The position numbers and the translations under genes were made by a program. A stretch of DNA of 39,832 nt from a virus (taxonomy: Duplodnaviria > Caudoviricetes), in IMG/VR virus record IMGVR_UViG_3300025296_000045, positions 1 through 39,832 of that record; one strand, 5' to 3'. Below, piece by piece: positions 9,351 to 19,780 of this stretch (its first letter is position 1; every line of letters begins with the position of its first letter). The notes beneath the pieces are model-generated. The model was not told the DNA's origin. It saw only the letters and a program-made list of their open reading frames with translations, and did not search any database.

Positions 9351-10184
9351 ATGAGTGAACAAGAGCTACAAAGCGAATCACTTGAGCCTGTCGAAAATAC
9401 AGAACCTCAAGAAAACGCAAACCATGATAATGGCGCAGACTTAGCAACTGCTAGTGATGGCAACCACGAACAAACGCCAGAAGTTGATGAAGAAGCCAAA
9501 AAGCAAGCGGCAATTGATAAAGTTATCGGCGAAAAAACATTTAAGGCAAAGCAAGCAGAACGTGAAGCGGCAGAGTACAAGCGAAAGCTTGATGAATACG
9601 AAGCAAAACAACGCGAACAAGAAGCGCAACAAATTGGCAATATTCCGCCAATGCCTACAGATGAATTTGATGATAATTATCAGAGAGACTTGCAAGCCCA
9701 TATCGATGCAAAGGTTAGGCATGGTCAGTGGGAGGCTAATCAAGCTGTTTACACTCAGCAGCAAGAGCAAATTCAGCAACAGCAACAAGCGCAACAAGTG
9801 CAAGAGTTGCAGCAAAAAGTGGTTAGCTATGGCGAATCAGCTAAGAAGCTTGGCGTTGACTCTAAAGAGTTAGAAGTGGCGGCGAACCAGTTAGATCAAT
9901 ACGGTGTCAATTTAAATACAGCACCTAATTTAGTATCAAGCTTGTTAGCAGACCCTGAAGGGCCGTTAATTGTTAAGCATTTAGCGGCTAACCCAGTTGA
10001 TGCAATGCAGTTAACGTCTATGAACCCTTACGAGCAAGCGGTATTTATTGAGCGTAACGTAAGAGGGAAGCTTGATGCGATTAAACCGAAAACAAGTAGC
10101 GCTCCAAAGCCTGCAAAAGATATTACAGGTAGCGGAATAAGTGATGATAAGTATCAGCACATTAAAGGCGCTAAATTTTATTAA
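9351..10184 (+). CDS. Scaffolding protein
   Basis: Acidic N-terminus, coiled coil, TSSAPKP C-terminal motif; directly before coat gene. Confidence 0.85.
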   Translation: MSEQELQSESLEPVENTEPQENANHDNGADLATASDGNHEQTPEVDEEAKKQAAIDKVIGEKTFKAKQAEREAAEYKRKLDEYEAKQREQEAQQIGNIPPMPTDEFDDNYQRDLQAHIDAKVRHGQWEANQAVYTQQQEQIQQQQQAQQVQELQQKVVSYGESAKKLGVDSKELEVAANQLDQYGVNLNTAPNLVSSLLADPEGPLIVKHLAANPVDAMQLTSMNPYEQAVFIERNVRGKLDAIKPKTSSAPKPAKDITGSGISDDKYQHIKGAKFY

Positions 10185-10199
10185 TTAAGGACCATTATC

Positions 10200-11465
10200 A
10201 TGGCTAATAATTTCGACAGTAACTTTACGCGCAAACTAATGCGCTCTTTCTTGGACAAGTTTGAATCAAGTCGCGTTTTATCTAAAAACGTCGATACTCA
10301 AATGTTTCAAGGTAAATTTAACGGCAGTACAGGCGATACGATTGACGTAAAACGTCCTACTGATTACCGTACAGTGCGTACACCAAATGGTGATGTATCA
10401 GGCGAGACTAAATCTGATATCGTAACTGGTAAAGCTTCAGCAGTGGTTCAAGATTACTTTACAGTATTCGTTGATTATGAAGAAGCAGACGAAGCAATCA
10501 AAATGGATCAAATTGACGAGCTATTAGCTCCTATGGTTACTCGTGTGGTAACTGACTTTGAGACTGATTACGCTGAATTTATGATGAAAAATACTGCGTT
10601 ACTTGCTGGTACAGTTGGTACAGGTGTTTCTACATGGGATCATGTTGCTGAAGCTGGTGCTATTATGGATGCTTCAGGCATTCCTAAAGATGGTATGTGG
10701 TGTTATGCGGCCAACCCATTCACACAGCGTAAATTGGCGAGCGATCAACGTTCTCTAGGTGGTGAAACTGGCTCTATGACTGCCAACCGTATGGCTACAA
10801 TTACTGATAATTTTGCCGGCATGAAAGTAATGACAGCTAACACGTTAGCAAATTATCAAACTGGTGTAGGTGCTGACCGTGAAGGTACTGTTGTTGGTAC
10901 TCCGGTAGCAACTTACTTAGCAGCTAAGGACACTATGACTCAAGTTATCGGCGTCACAGCATTCCAAGCTAACTTAGAGGTTAAGGCTGGCGAAACAGTT
11001 ACAGTTATTGGCCCTAACCGTCTAAATCTTTCAACTCGCAAAGCTATCATTGATGATACAGGCGCTCCAATTGTTTGGACTGCCACTGTAAATCAAGACG
11101 TTACGTTGGACGGCTCTGGCGCAGGTAACTTAACGGTAACTGGTCCGGCAATCTTTGAAGCTAACGGGCAGTACAATACCGCAACTGAAGCAATTCAAGC
11201 TGGTGCGGTCATTTCATTGGGTGGTGCTGATAATACAATTATTCAGCCAAACTTATTCTGGCACAAGCAAGCTTTTACTATCGCTTCTGTTCCGATTAAA
11301 CGTTTACATTCAACTGATACATTTGCTGAAACCGAAGACGGCATCCAGGTTCGTGTTTCTAAAGGTTCAGGCTTCTTAGAAAACACTAACAAGGTCCGTA
11401 TCGACTTCCGCCCAGCTTACGGTACATTGAATCCGTTCTTTGCTGGTCAAGGCTTTGGCTCTTAG
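10200..11465 (+). CDS. Major capsid protein (P22 gp5 family)
   Basis: 421 aa; GDTIDVKRP, NLFWHKQAF and RIDF motifs; position. Confidence 0.93.
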   Translation: MANNFDSNFTRKLMRSFLDKFESSRVLSKNVDTQMFQGKFNGSTGDTIDVKRPTDYRTVRTPNGDVSGETKSDIVTGKASAVVQDYFTVFVDYEEADEAIKMDQIDELLAPMVTRVVTDFETDYAEFMMKNTALLAGTVGTGVSTWDHVAEAGAIMDASGIPKDGMWCYAANPFTQRKLASDQRSLGGETGSMTANRMATITDNFAGMKVMTANTLANYQTGVGADREGTVVGTPVATYLAAKDTMTQVIGVTAFQANLEVKAGETVTVIGPNRLNLSTRKAIIDDTGAPIVWTATVNQDVTLDGSGAGNLTVTGPAIFEANGQYNTATEAIQAGAVISLGGADNTIIQPNLFWHKQAFTIASVPIKRLHSTDTFAETEDGIQVRVSKGSGFLENTNKVRIDFRPAYGTLNPFFAGQGFGS

Positions 11466-11476
11466 TAGCTTTATCG

Positions 11477-11498
11477 CAGCCCTTCATTGAGGGGTTGC
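11477..11498 (+). terminator. Stem-loop after capsid gene
   Basis: GCAGCCCTTC-att-GAGGGGTTGC. Confidence 0.55.
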
Positions 11499-11524
11499 TA
11501 TTAAGGTTATTGTTGAGGTGAAAA

Positions 11525-11668
11525 ATGAATAAATTATATAAGCCGTGCGGTAAAGAAGTGGAAGTAAACGACAACTCTCTTGAGTACGCACTATCTCTTG
11601 GTTGGGCTAAGACAAACCCTAAAAAAAAGAAAGCATCAACAAAGAAAGCAACCAAAAAGGCTGAGTAA
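11525..11668 (+). CDS. Small protein with lysine-rich tail (47 aa)
   Basis: Hand-translated MNKLYKPCG...LGW...KKKKASTKK; GAGGTG RBS; TAATG coupling to next gene. Confidence 0.7.
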   Translation: MNKLYKPCGKEVEVNDNSLEYALSLGWAKTNPKKKKASTKKATKKAE

Positions 11669-12372
11669 TGTCTGAAACAGCGCAAAGCGTTATCAAAGAC
11701 GCATTACAATCAATACTCGTTCAAGCTTCTGAACAACCTGTTGAGGCAGATGAGCTTCAAACATCTATCCGTTATTTAAACAGAATGATGGCTAAGCGTC
11801 CGTATTCTGGATTAGGGTTTACTGATGTTGTTAACCCTAGCGACCCTATAACGATTGACCCGTCAGCTATTGACGGTGTTGTTTTTAATTTAGGTCTTGC
11901 GCTTGCTCCTCAGTACGATATCAGCCCAAGCCCTTTGTTGGTGCTACAAGCTAGAGAGGCGCTAAAGGATATTCGCAAAATTACGGTTCAGGTTAGACCT
12001 ACTCAGTTTCCTGGTACCATGCCTGTCGGCTCCGGTAATCGTGATAGATGGGGATGGTATGAGGACTTTCACTTTTATCCTCGTCCTTTGGATATTCCAG
12101 AAGATGCGCAAGAATTGAAGGTTGATGAAATAGATTCGTTTAGCGTTGATTTTACCAACTACCTTTTAGATGGCGCAACGATAACAAGCTTTACGGTTAC
12201 ACCTAACGAAAACATAGAGATTTTATCTAGCGCTGAAGCTGACGGTGTTGTGACATTCTCAGCTAAAGGCTTGAAGCATGGTCATGGTAAAGTGTGCATA
12301 GACATTATAACGTCAACCGGTAGGCAAAACCCTGAGCAAGTAGATTTCTTTGTTAAAGAGGTTTGCCAGTGA
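11668..12372 (+). CDS. Head-to-tail adaptor (P22 gp4-like) with an extra C-terminal beta domain
   Basis: LNRMMA, NLGLALAPQY and MPVGSGN gp4 motifs, then about 100 extra aa. Confidence 0.8.
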   Translation: MSETAQSVIKDALQSILVQASEQPVEADELQTSIRYLNRMMAKRPYSGLGFTDVVNPSDPITIDPSAIDGVVFNLGLALAPQYDISPSPLLVLQAREALKDIRKITVQVRPTQFPGTMPVGSGNRDRWGWYEDFHFYPRPLDIPEDAQELKVDEIDSFSVDFTNYLLDGATITSFTVTPNENIEILSSAEADGVVTFSAKGLKHGHGKVCIDIITSTGRQNPEQVDFFVKEVCQ

Positions 12373-13847
12373 GTCGCGTAACTATTCCTATTTCTGGTTT
12401 TTATCAATCTGATTCGTTACCTATTAGTAATCAGCAGTGTGATAACTGGTATGTGAATGTGCCGCAAACTCAAGGCGCTTTATCTCCTTCTACTTTGTAT
12501 GGTTGTTCAGGCATTACTCAGTTTGAAACTACTGGCCCATTAAATCAGGTTAACCGTGGTGCTCATGTTAAAGCGGGTAAACCTTATTTTGTTAACGGCA
12601 CTGATATTTATAGAGTCGATAGAACAGTTGCAGTAGATGGCACTGAAACTATAGATATAGTTAACCTCGGCACGATACCGGGAAGCGGTCGCGTATCAAT
12701 GGCTGATAACGGAACTGAATTGATGGTTCTTGTTCCTGGTGGTAATGGCTACATAATTAACGAAGATGCTTTACCGGTGTTTCAACAAATTACCGCGCCG
12801 GGCTTTACGGCTAACGGCAATCCACAGTATGTAGTATTTATAAACTCGTTCTTTGTTTGTTCTACTGATAGTAAAAAGTTTATCCGTTCAGATGCTAATC
12901 AGGGGTTAGTTTGGAATTCATTAAACTCAGGTACGGCAGAGGCAGACCCAGATAACATAGTTGCACCTATCGTGCATAAGAATCAGTTGTTTATGTTCGG
13001 CTCTGAAACTGGCGAAGTGTTTGAGGGTGTACCTCAAGGCGGCTTGGGTTTTCAGCGTATCAACGGCTTCATTATAAACAAGGGTTTATTTGCTCCGTTC
13101 AGTTTAATAGATGCTAACGATACTTTTATGTTTATCGGTGGCGGCGTCAATGAATCTCCTGCTGTATGGGCCTTGAATGGTTCGACTGTACAAAAGGTTT
13201 CAACCACTGCTATAGACTCAGCTTTACAAGATTTTAGTAACGAAGAAATAGAAACGGCATTCGCTTATACGTATGCACAAAACGGCGCTTTCTTTGTGGG
13301 TTTTTCTGTAGGTAATCGCACTTTTGAATTTAACACGATAACAGCTCTATGGAACGAAAGAACGTCAAGAGTGCTAGACGAGTTCGGTCAAACAGTGATT
13401 GACAGGTGGCGAGCTAATTCAGTTGTAACCGCTTATAACCGTGTAATAGTTGGCGATTCTCAAGATGGTCGCTTAGGTGTTTTAAACCCTGATATTTATG
13501 CAGAGTACGGCAACGAAATAGTAAGGACGTTTACGACTCAACCATTCGCAGATCAAGGCAACGTATTAACAATATCGCAACTTGAATTAACTGTTGAATC
13601 TGGCGTTGGTGATTTCACTACCACAGACCCCGTTATAAGAATGAGTTACTCAGATAATGGGAAGTCATTTAATAACGAGTTATCTCGATTTATTGGAAAG
13701 ATAGGCGAGTTTTCAAAGCGTTGTATCTGGCGAAGATTAGGAAGAATCCCGCGCTACAGGGTGTTCAAGTTTGTAATGTCTGACCCTGTCAAACCTGTTG
13801 TTATCAAGCTAGAAGCTCAGGCGAGAGGTTATCAAATTGGCAGTTAA
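12363..13847 (+). CDS. Tail hub / DNA stabilisation protein (P22 gp10-like)
   Basis: GRVSMADNG, TAEADPD and WRRLGR motifs; position. Confidence 0.88.
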   Translation: MPVSRVTIPISGFYQSDSLPISNQQCDNWYVNVPQTQGALSPSTLYGCSGITQFETTGPLNQVNRGAHVKAGKPYFVNGTDIYRVDRTVAVDGTETIDIVNLGTIPGSGRVSMADNGTELMVLVPGGNGYIINEDALPVFQQITAPGFTANGNPQYVVFINSFFVCSTDSKKFIRSDANQGLVWNSLNSGTAEADPDNIVAPIVHKNQLFMFGSETGEVFEGVPQGGLGFQRINGFIINKGLFAPFSLIDANDTFMFIGGGVNESPAVWALNGSTVQKVSTTAIDSALQDFSNEEIETAFAYTYAQNGAFFVGFSVGNRTFEFNTITALWNERTSRVLDEFGQTVIDRWRANSVVTAYNRVIVGDSQDGRLGVLNPDIYAEYGNEIVRTFTTQPFADQGNVLTISQLELTVESGVGDFTTTDPVIRMSYSDNGKSFNNELSRFIGKIGEFSKRCIWRRLGRIPRYRVFKFVMSDPVKPVVIKLEAQARGYQIGS

Positions 13848-14109
13848 TCGACCTACAGACCTAACGGCAACAAGGCCTATAACACAGGAAAGCATGACAA
13901 GCTCACAAGAGCTTAGGTCGTGGGCGAATCAAGTTACGTTATCAATACCAATTACGGGCAACGGTAGCCCCGAAGGAGTAGTGGAGGGTGTATCGAACCC
14001 CTTTCCTCAACTGTATATAGATTTGGATGGCACGACAGGAACGATTGAATACAGAAAGATGCAGGATGATATTGCAGGCGACAAGACGATGGGATGGGTT
14101 CTAGTTTGA
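13837..14109 (+). CDS. Small tail-associated protein
   Basis: GNGSPEGVV..LYID..GW motif common in tail proteins; position after gp10. Confidence 0.55.
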   Translation: MAVNRPTDLTATRPITQESMTSSQELRSWANQVTLSIPITGNGSPEGVVEGVSNPFPQLYIDLDGTTGTIEYRKMQDDIAGDKTMGWVLV

Positions 14110-14570
14110 TTATAGAAAGAACTTACGACAAAAAGATAATAGGTGATGTTGTTTCTGATTCGTTAAACGATCTATTACAGGACGGAGAAACAGAAGGCGA
14201 CTGCTATTTTGATGTTGAAAGAGATTGTTACCTAGCCTTATACGATGACAACTTAATAGGCGTTTATCAGCTCAGGCCTATAAACAGAACAGTAATAGAT
14301 TTACACCCGATAATGTTACGTAAACACAGGGATAGATCGAACGAGTCCATAAAAGAAGTATTCAAATGGATTGTTGATAACTGTGCAAAAACTGTGAATA
14401 AAGTTATTGCGCAATTCCCTAGCAACAGAATCCATATAGAGAAATTTGCATTAAGGGCAGGTTTTAAGAAAGAAGGTATTAATCGTGAATCGTTTTTACT
14501 TAATGGAAAGTATTTAGATCAAACGATGGTAGGCATAACCATGAACGAAATTAAAGAGGCATTATTATGA
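14094..14570 (+). CDS. GNAT-like protein (P22 gp14 position)
   Basis: FALRAGFKKEG..RESFLLNGKYLDQTMVG GNAT signature. Confidence 0.75.
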   Translation: MGSSLIIERTYDKKIIGDVVSDSLNDLLQDGETEGDCYFDVERDCYLALYDDNLIGVYQLRPINRTVIDLHPIMLRKHRDRSNESIKEVFKWIVDNCAKTVNKVIAQFPSNRIHIEKFALRAGFKKEGINRESFLLNGKYLDQTMVGITMNEIKEALL

Positions 14571-15106
14571 GCGGAATAGTTGGCGGTGTTAAAGATGTGT
14601 TTTTTGGAGGTGCAGAAAAGGACGCGGCCAAAGCACAGCAAAAAGGTATCGAGCGTGGCATTGAAGCAACCGAGCGAGCAACCGCTCAAGCAAGAGAGGA
14701 CTTGTTTAAATTATTTCCTGCGGCACAACAAAACGCACAGCAAGGCTTTCAAGGTGCTTTAGATGTATTAGGGCAGTCTTTACCAGCTCAAACAGGATTG
14801 TTTCAAGGCGGGAATGTGGCAGCTCAACAGCAAATACTTGCAGGTTTACCACAATTTCAAAATGCAATACTAGGCGGCCAAGTCGATTTTAGTCAAATGC
14901 AACCGACTCAATTACAAATGCCTGATTTAAGTTTTTTACAGCAACAGTTACCGCAAACTGTAGATCCATTTGCACCAACACAGCAACAATTCACAGGACC
15001 GGTAAATACTGGTAATCCGTTGGCAGGCAATATAGGCGGTATAGGCGCAGGTCAATTCGGCGGTATCAGCGGTTTGTTTGGCGGTAGTCGCCCAAGATTA
15101 TTTTAA
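14567..15106 (+). CDS. DNA ejection protein (resembles gp7 N-terminal part)
   Basis: G/A/Q-rich; GGAEKDAAKAQQKGIE. Confidence 0.65.
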   Translation: MSGIVGGVKDVFFGGAEKDAAKAQQKGIERGIEATERATAQAREDLFKLFPAAQQNAQQGFQGALDVLGQSLPAQTGLFQGGNVAAQQQILAGLPQFQNAILGGQVDFSQMQPTQLQMPDLSFLQQQLPQTVDPFAPTQQQFTGPVNTGNPLAGNIGGIGAGQFGGISGLFGGSRPRLF

Positions 15107-15115
15107 GGAATTATT

Positions 15116-16351
15116 ATGGTAACACCATTGCAACAACTAGGCGGCTCATTTGTAGGCAGGGCCCCTATGTCAACACAAAGAGTCCCAGCACAAACTCAAG
15201 TTATGCCACAAGCTACAACTCAAGCACCGCAACAACAGTTTGGGTTATCTGGCGCCGAACAAGCTCTACAGGCTGGATTAGGTGGCGGAGTATCAGCGAT
15301 AGAGCAAGGGATGGGTGGCGCATTAAATACACTTAACCAAGGCGCAAACAGCGCTTTGCAACAATTACAACAAGGTCAACAAGCTTTAGGTGGGGACTTC
15401 TCTGGCTCGGTAGTTAATGTAGATCCAACTACAGGTCAAAGATTTTTCACTCAAGCATCACAGGGCGTGAATCAGTTTACCCCTGCGGGATTACAGGCGC
15501 AGGGCGTACAATCTGCCCTTAGTGGAGCGCAAGGTCAAGCGGCATTTGATGAAGCGCTAATAAACTCTCCTGCTCAAGCGTTTTTACGTCAACAAGGCGA
15601 GCAAGGTATCATTAATCAGGCAGCGGCTCTCGGCGGTCTTGGTGGTGGTGACGTAAGAAAAGAATTAACCCAATTCGGACAAGGGTTAGCATCAACTCAA
15701 TTGCAACAACAAATAGACAACCTAGCCAACTTAAGCAATCAAGGGTTACAGGCGGCAGGGCTGAGCGGTAATTTCTTAGCGCAAGCAGGAACGCAAGAAG
15801 GTAACCTGGCGGCACAAAACGCACAGTTAGGAACACAAGCTAACCTAGCTAATGCGGCCAACAGATTGTCAGCAGCAGGACAGCAAGCGGGTTTATTTGG
15901 TCAAGGTGCTAATTTGTTAAGCGGTTTAGCGGGTCAAGGCGCAGGATTCCAACAACAAGCCGGATTGAATGCGGCTAATTTATTTAGCGGTACAGGTCAG
16001 AATTTAGCGCAAGGTCGATTACAAGCTGGTCGTGATATCGCAGGGCAAATAGGTCAAAGTTCATCCGCTCTATCTAATCTTGCTAACCAACAAGGTTCAG
16101 GTTTATCTGATATAATCGGACAAGGATCAACCAATGTTGCTAACTTATTAAGTGGCTCAGGTCAATTTACAGCAGGGCAACAAACGCAATTAGCACAATT
16201 ACTATCTAATTTAGCTACACAGCAAGGCTCACAGGCGGCACAAGCACAGCAGGCTATAGGGCAGGCACAAGCGGGTGGTATCACTGGTGGAGCAGGCGCT
16301 ATAGGTGGTACGATTGGTGATATAGCAGGGTTTTTAGGCGGTATACTTTAA
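15116..16351 (+). CDS. DNA ejection protein (gp7-like)
   Basis: FLRQQG..NQAAALGGLGGG..KELTQFGQGLAS motif; G/A/Q-rich. Confidence 0.75.
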   Translation: MVTPLQQLGGSFVGRAPMSTQRVPAQTQVMPQATTQAPQQQFGLSGAEQALQAGLGGGVSAIEQGMGGALNTLNQGANSALQQLQQGQQALGGDFSGSVVNVDPTTGQRFFTQASQGVNQFTPAGLQAQGVQSALSGAQGQAAFDEALINSPAQAFLRQQGEQGIINQAAALGGLGGGDVRKELTQFGQGLASTQLQQQIDNLANLSNQGLQAAGLSGNFLAQAGTQEGNLAAQNAQLGTQANLANAANRLSAAGQQAGLFGQGANLLSGLAGQGAGFQQQAGLNAANLFSGTGQNLAQGRLQAGRDIAGQIGQSSSALSNLANQQGSGLSDIIGQGSTNVANLLSGSGQFTAGQQTQLAQLLSNLATQQGSQAAQAQQAIGQAQAGGITGGAGAIGGTIGDIAGFLGGIL

Positions 16352-16362
16352 AGGGTAACAAC

Positions 16363-17481
16363 ATGCCAGCAAGTAATATTTTTCAGCAGTTTGCACAGGG
16401 TCAGTCGTTAGCACAACAGCGAGACTTGAGAAACCAGCAAGCTCAACTGAACGAACAAAAAAGACAGCAAAATCTTTTAAAGCTTGATGATCAGCGAAAA
16501 GGTGCTCTATTCCAAGACGCTCAAGCTATCAATACTTTTTTAAAAGGTGGCGACACTAACAGTGCTATGGGTGTTATCTCTAATCGTGTAAACATGCTTG
16601 AGCAATTAGGTGGTGACTCTTCCGACACAATGGAAATAGCTAACCTTATCGGCTCTGGCAATATCCAAGGCGCTAGAAACTTATTAGACTTAACTGAGCA
16701 AGTCGGAATGCAACAAGGATTCTTAAAAGATCCTGACGAACAAAAAACAAAAGACACCAGAACAGCAACACAGAAAGACTTTGACACATTCCAAGGCTTG
16801 ATGGCTAAAGCGGCGGAAAGCGGCAGTGAAAAAGATAAAAAACGCGCTGAAAGGTTTGGTCGCGCTGCTAGATTTATTAGAGAGTCAGAGCAAGAAAAGG
16901 CCGATATAAAAGTAAGTCAAAAAGAACGAGAGACTATAGCGAAAGCCAATGTAGCAAGAAAGCAAGGATTTATAAATTCAGGCATAGAGGCGGCAAACGG
17001 GGCGGCAAACACAAGAAGAGCTTTAACCTTATTGGATGAAGTTGAAACGGGTGGTTTTGATAACCTAGCATTAAAAGCTAAAAGACTGTTCGGCGTTGAG
17101 GGAGCTAGCGAAGGTGAGCTATCAAACCTTATGGGCAAGGCTGTGCTAGCCCAATTAAAACCTATATTTGGTGCGGCGTTCACAGCTAGAGAGGGTGACG
17201 CATTAGCTGAAATAGAAGCTAAGTTCAGTAATTCAACTGCTAACAATAAACGACTGCTCGAAAACGCTTTAAAGCTAATTGATAGAGCGGCAAGGCGAGG
17301 AATTGCGGCGGCAGAAGATCAAAAAGATGAATTCACAGCTAACGAAATCAGAGAGGCTTTATCGTTTGAGTTAGAGGATAAAAACATTCCTTTGCAAGAA
17401 CCTCAGCAAGCTATAGGGGGCTTATCGCCTGAAGAGCAAGCAGAGTTGGCGCAACTAGAGCAAGAATTTGGTGGTCAATAA
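16363..17481 (+). CDS. DNA ejection protein (gp20 position)
   Basis: Synteny; helical Q/A/E/K-rich sequence. Confidence 0.65.
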   Translation: MPASNIFQQFAQGQSLAQQRDLRNQQAQLNEQKRQQNLLKLDDQRKGALFQDAQAINTFLKGGDTNSAMGVISNRVNMLEQLGGDSSDTMEIANLIGSGNIQGARNLLDLTEQVGMQQGFLKDPDEQKTKDTRTATQKDFDTFQGLMAKAAESGSEKDKKRAERFGRAARFIRESEQEKADIKVSQKERETIAKANVARKQGFINSGIEAANGAANTRRALTLLDEVETGGFDNLALKAKRLFGVEGASEGELSNLMGKAVLAQLKPIFGAAFTAREGDALAEIEAKFSNSTANNKRLLENALKLIDRAARRGIAAAEDQKDEFTANEIREALSFELEDKNIPLQEPQQAIGGLSPEEQAELAQLEQEFGGQ

Positions 17482-19151
17482 TGAGTGACAGAGAAAGGCT
17501 CGAAGCTTTAAGACAGAGAAAGCGCCTTAACGAGTTGAGGGCACTAAAAGCCCAACAGGTGGTTAACCCTGACGTTCCAACAGAGACAAATCTTGAATCG
17601 GTTAGCGTTGCAGGAACTCAACCACAAGAGACATTAGGCCAAAAGGCTTTGGGTGTTGGAGAGGCTGCTCTGTCTACATTGACAGGAGCTACTACTGGAG
17701 CTTTGGGTTTTGGTGGCGGCTCCGTTGTTGGTGCCCTAGGTGAATTAACAGGTCAACTAGAAGAGGGTGAAGGATTGGAATTAGCTTCTCAAGCTGGCGG
17801 CGCTTTAACGTTTGAACCTCGTACTGAATTTGGTCGCGAATTAATGACTGACATAGCTAGTGTTGCCGGAGTTCTGCCACCTGTGTTAGGCACCACACCT
17901 TTAGGTGCAACCTCTGTAAGAACTAGACCGTCTAAATTAAAATCACCTAAAATGAAGAGGCTGGCTATAGCGCAAGAAATTGAGGCAGGTAATGTTAACG
18001 CTGGCAATATCGCTAAGACTTTAGATGCTGACGGTAAATTAATTACAAACCCTAACTTGAAAAAAGCAATAAAATTAATGGGTGACGATGACTCTGCATA
18101 TTCTGCAGCTATCAACTTTGAAAAAATGAATGACGCAACTCGTTCACAAGTAAATAAAATGCTTGATGTAGTGAAGGGCAATAAAGTGAGTGGAGACCCT
18201 ACGCAGATTATCGAGAATAGACCGGTAAATGTGATAGGCCAATCATTAGCTAATCGAGTTAAAAAGCTAGATAGTATTAAGAAAAAGGCTAGCTCTGATG
18301 TTGGTAAAATCATTAATAGCGATATAGGTCAAAAGCAAATAAATACCACCAATGCCAGAAACAATTTTGTTAACGCTTTACGTGAATCAGATATAGATGT
18401 CGGTTTTGATGCTGACGGTAATTTAATCGCAGATACATCTAGAGCACTTGCCAACACCGGCGAAGTACTAAGTGACGCTAAGCTTAACAACGTATTAAAA
18501 AGATTACAAAGCGGCAACATGACAGCCAAAGAAGCGCACAGACTTAAAAGGAATGTACGTGAATTAGTGAGCTTCGATGCAGCTGCACCAGGTGCCGCAA
18601 GAGTTAGCGCAGAAATAGAAAGCACTGTTAAAAACTTAGGCGCAGACTTAAATACAGAGATTAGCAACGTAAGTCCAGCATACAAAAGAGCCAATCAAAA
18701 ATTCTCCGATAGTATAGATGTATTAAAAGAAGTTGATCGTATGCTAGGTAAGCGCTTAATGGTCGGTGATGAATTAGCAGAAAGCAAATTAGGTGCGCTA
18801 TCTAAACGAATCGGCACTAATTTAGCAAGCCGAGAAGATGTTATAGCTATGGTTGAAGGTGTTGACTCTGCATTAAATAAGCGCGGCATTAGACCCAAAG
18901 ACAATATTAAACAACAAGTAGCGGCTTTAGCTGATTTGGAGAAAATATTCAAAGTTGAATCTGAGCAAGCTCCTTTTGGATTTCAAGCAAGAATTGCAGA
19001 AGGTGCAGGGGAGGCCGCTCTAAGTGGTGGCGCTAGCCTGCAGCGTGATGCTGTTATGGGTATTATTAACAAGTTTAGAAGCATGAACAAGTTAGAATTT
19101 GATGATAAAATGAAGGCATTACGAGCGCTTTCTAAAAAAAGGGGTAAATAA
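17481..19151 (+). CDS. DNA ejection protein (gp16 position)
   Basis: Synteny; Gly/Ala-rich hydrophobic N-terminal segment; LTFEPRTE motif. Confidence 0.65.
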   Translation: MSDRERLEALRQRKRLNELRALKAQQVVNPDVPTETNLESVSVAGTQPQETLGQKALGVGEAALSTLTGATTGALGFGGGSVVGALGELTGQLEEGEGLELASQAGGALTFEPRTEFGRELMTDIASVAGVLPPVLGTTPLGATSVRTRPSKLKSPKMKRLAIAQEIEAGNVNAGNIAKTLDADGKLITNPNLKKAIKLMGDDDSAYSAAINFEKMNDATRSQVNKMLDVVKGNKVSGDPTQIIENRPVNVIGQSLANRVKKLDSIKKKASSDVGKIINSDIGQKQINTTNARNNFVNALRESDIDVGFDADGNLIADTSRALANTGEVLSDAKLNNVLKRLQSGNMTAKEAHRLKRNVRELVSFDAAAPGAARVSAEIESTVKNLGADLNTEISNVSPAYKRANQKFSDSIDVLKEVDRMLGKRLMVGDELAESKLGALSKRIGTNLASREDVIAMVEGVDSALNKRGIRPKDNIKQQVAALADLEKIFKVESEQAPFGFQARIAEGAGEAALSGGASLQRDAVMGIINKFRSMNKLEFDDKMKALRALSKKRGK

Positions 19152-19780
19152 TGCCACGTTCACCGAATCCGGTCCCGCAGTATTTTGACGGTGCCAATAA
19201 GCTTTTACCGGGCTTTCAAATGTTTTATTTTGAAGCAGGCACAAGCACACCAAAAGCAACTTATTCAGATGATGCTGAGACTATTGCTAATACACACCCA
19301 GTAATAGGTGATGCAGAGGCTAGACTTCCTAACGTATTTTTTACAGGCACAGCCAAGCAGGTTTTAAAAGACGCTAACGGTGTTCAGATATGGGAGCGTG
19401 ACAACGTAGGCTCGACCGTTACCACAGGAGATTTTAACGAATGGAACTCTGTAATAAATTATTTAACTATTGGTGACATTGTTAAATACGGTGGTAAATA
19501 TTACAGGTCATTACAAACACCTAATCAAGACAAACAGCCCGATACTAATCCAGATTATTGGGAAGAGTTCACTTTTATCAGTGTGTGGAACACGAACAAA
19601 GATTACGCTGTAGGTGAAATAGCGCAAACTTCCAACGGTCAATTATGGGCATCACAACAAACACCCAACGCTGGTAACGATCCGTTATTAGATGAAATAG
19701 GCACGTTTTGGCTACCTGCTGTAGATGGTGATAAAATAGCATTCAACAGAGTATTACAACATTGGAATAGGAACAGATAA
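19151..19780 (+). CDS. Short tailspike-like protein: virion-binding N-domain plus two CBM5/12-like repeats
   Basis: QYFD..G...FEAGTSTPKATYSD..NTHPV N-terminus; W....Y..GDIV.Y.GKYYRS...P...W repeats. Confidence 0.7.
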   Translation: MPRSPNPVPQYFDGANKLLPGFQMFYFEAGTSTPKATYSDDAETIANTHPVIGDAEARLPNVFFTGTAKQVLKDANGVQIWERDNVGSTVTTGDFNEWNSVINYLTIGDIVKYGGKYYRSLQTPNQDKQPDTNPDYWEEFTFISVWNTNKDYAVGEIAQTSNGQLWASQQTPNAGNDPLLDEIGTFWLPAVDGDKIAFNRVLQHWNRNR

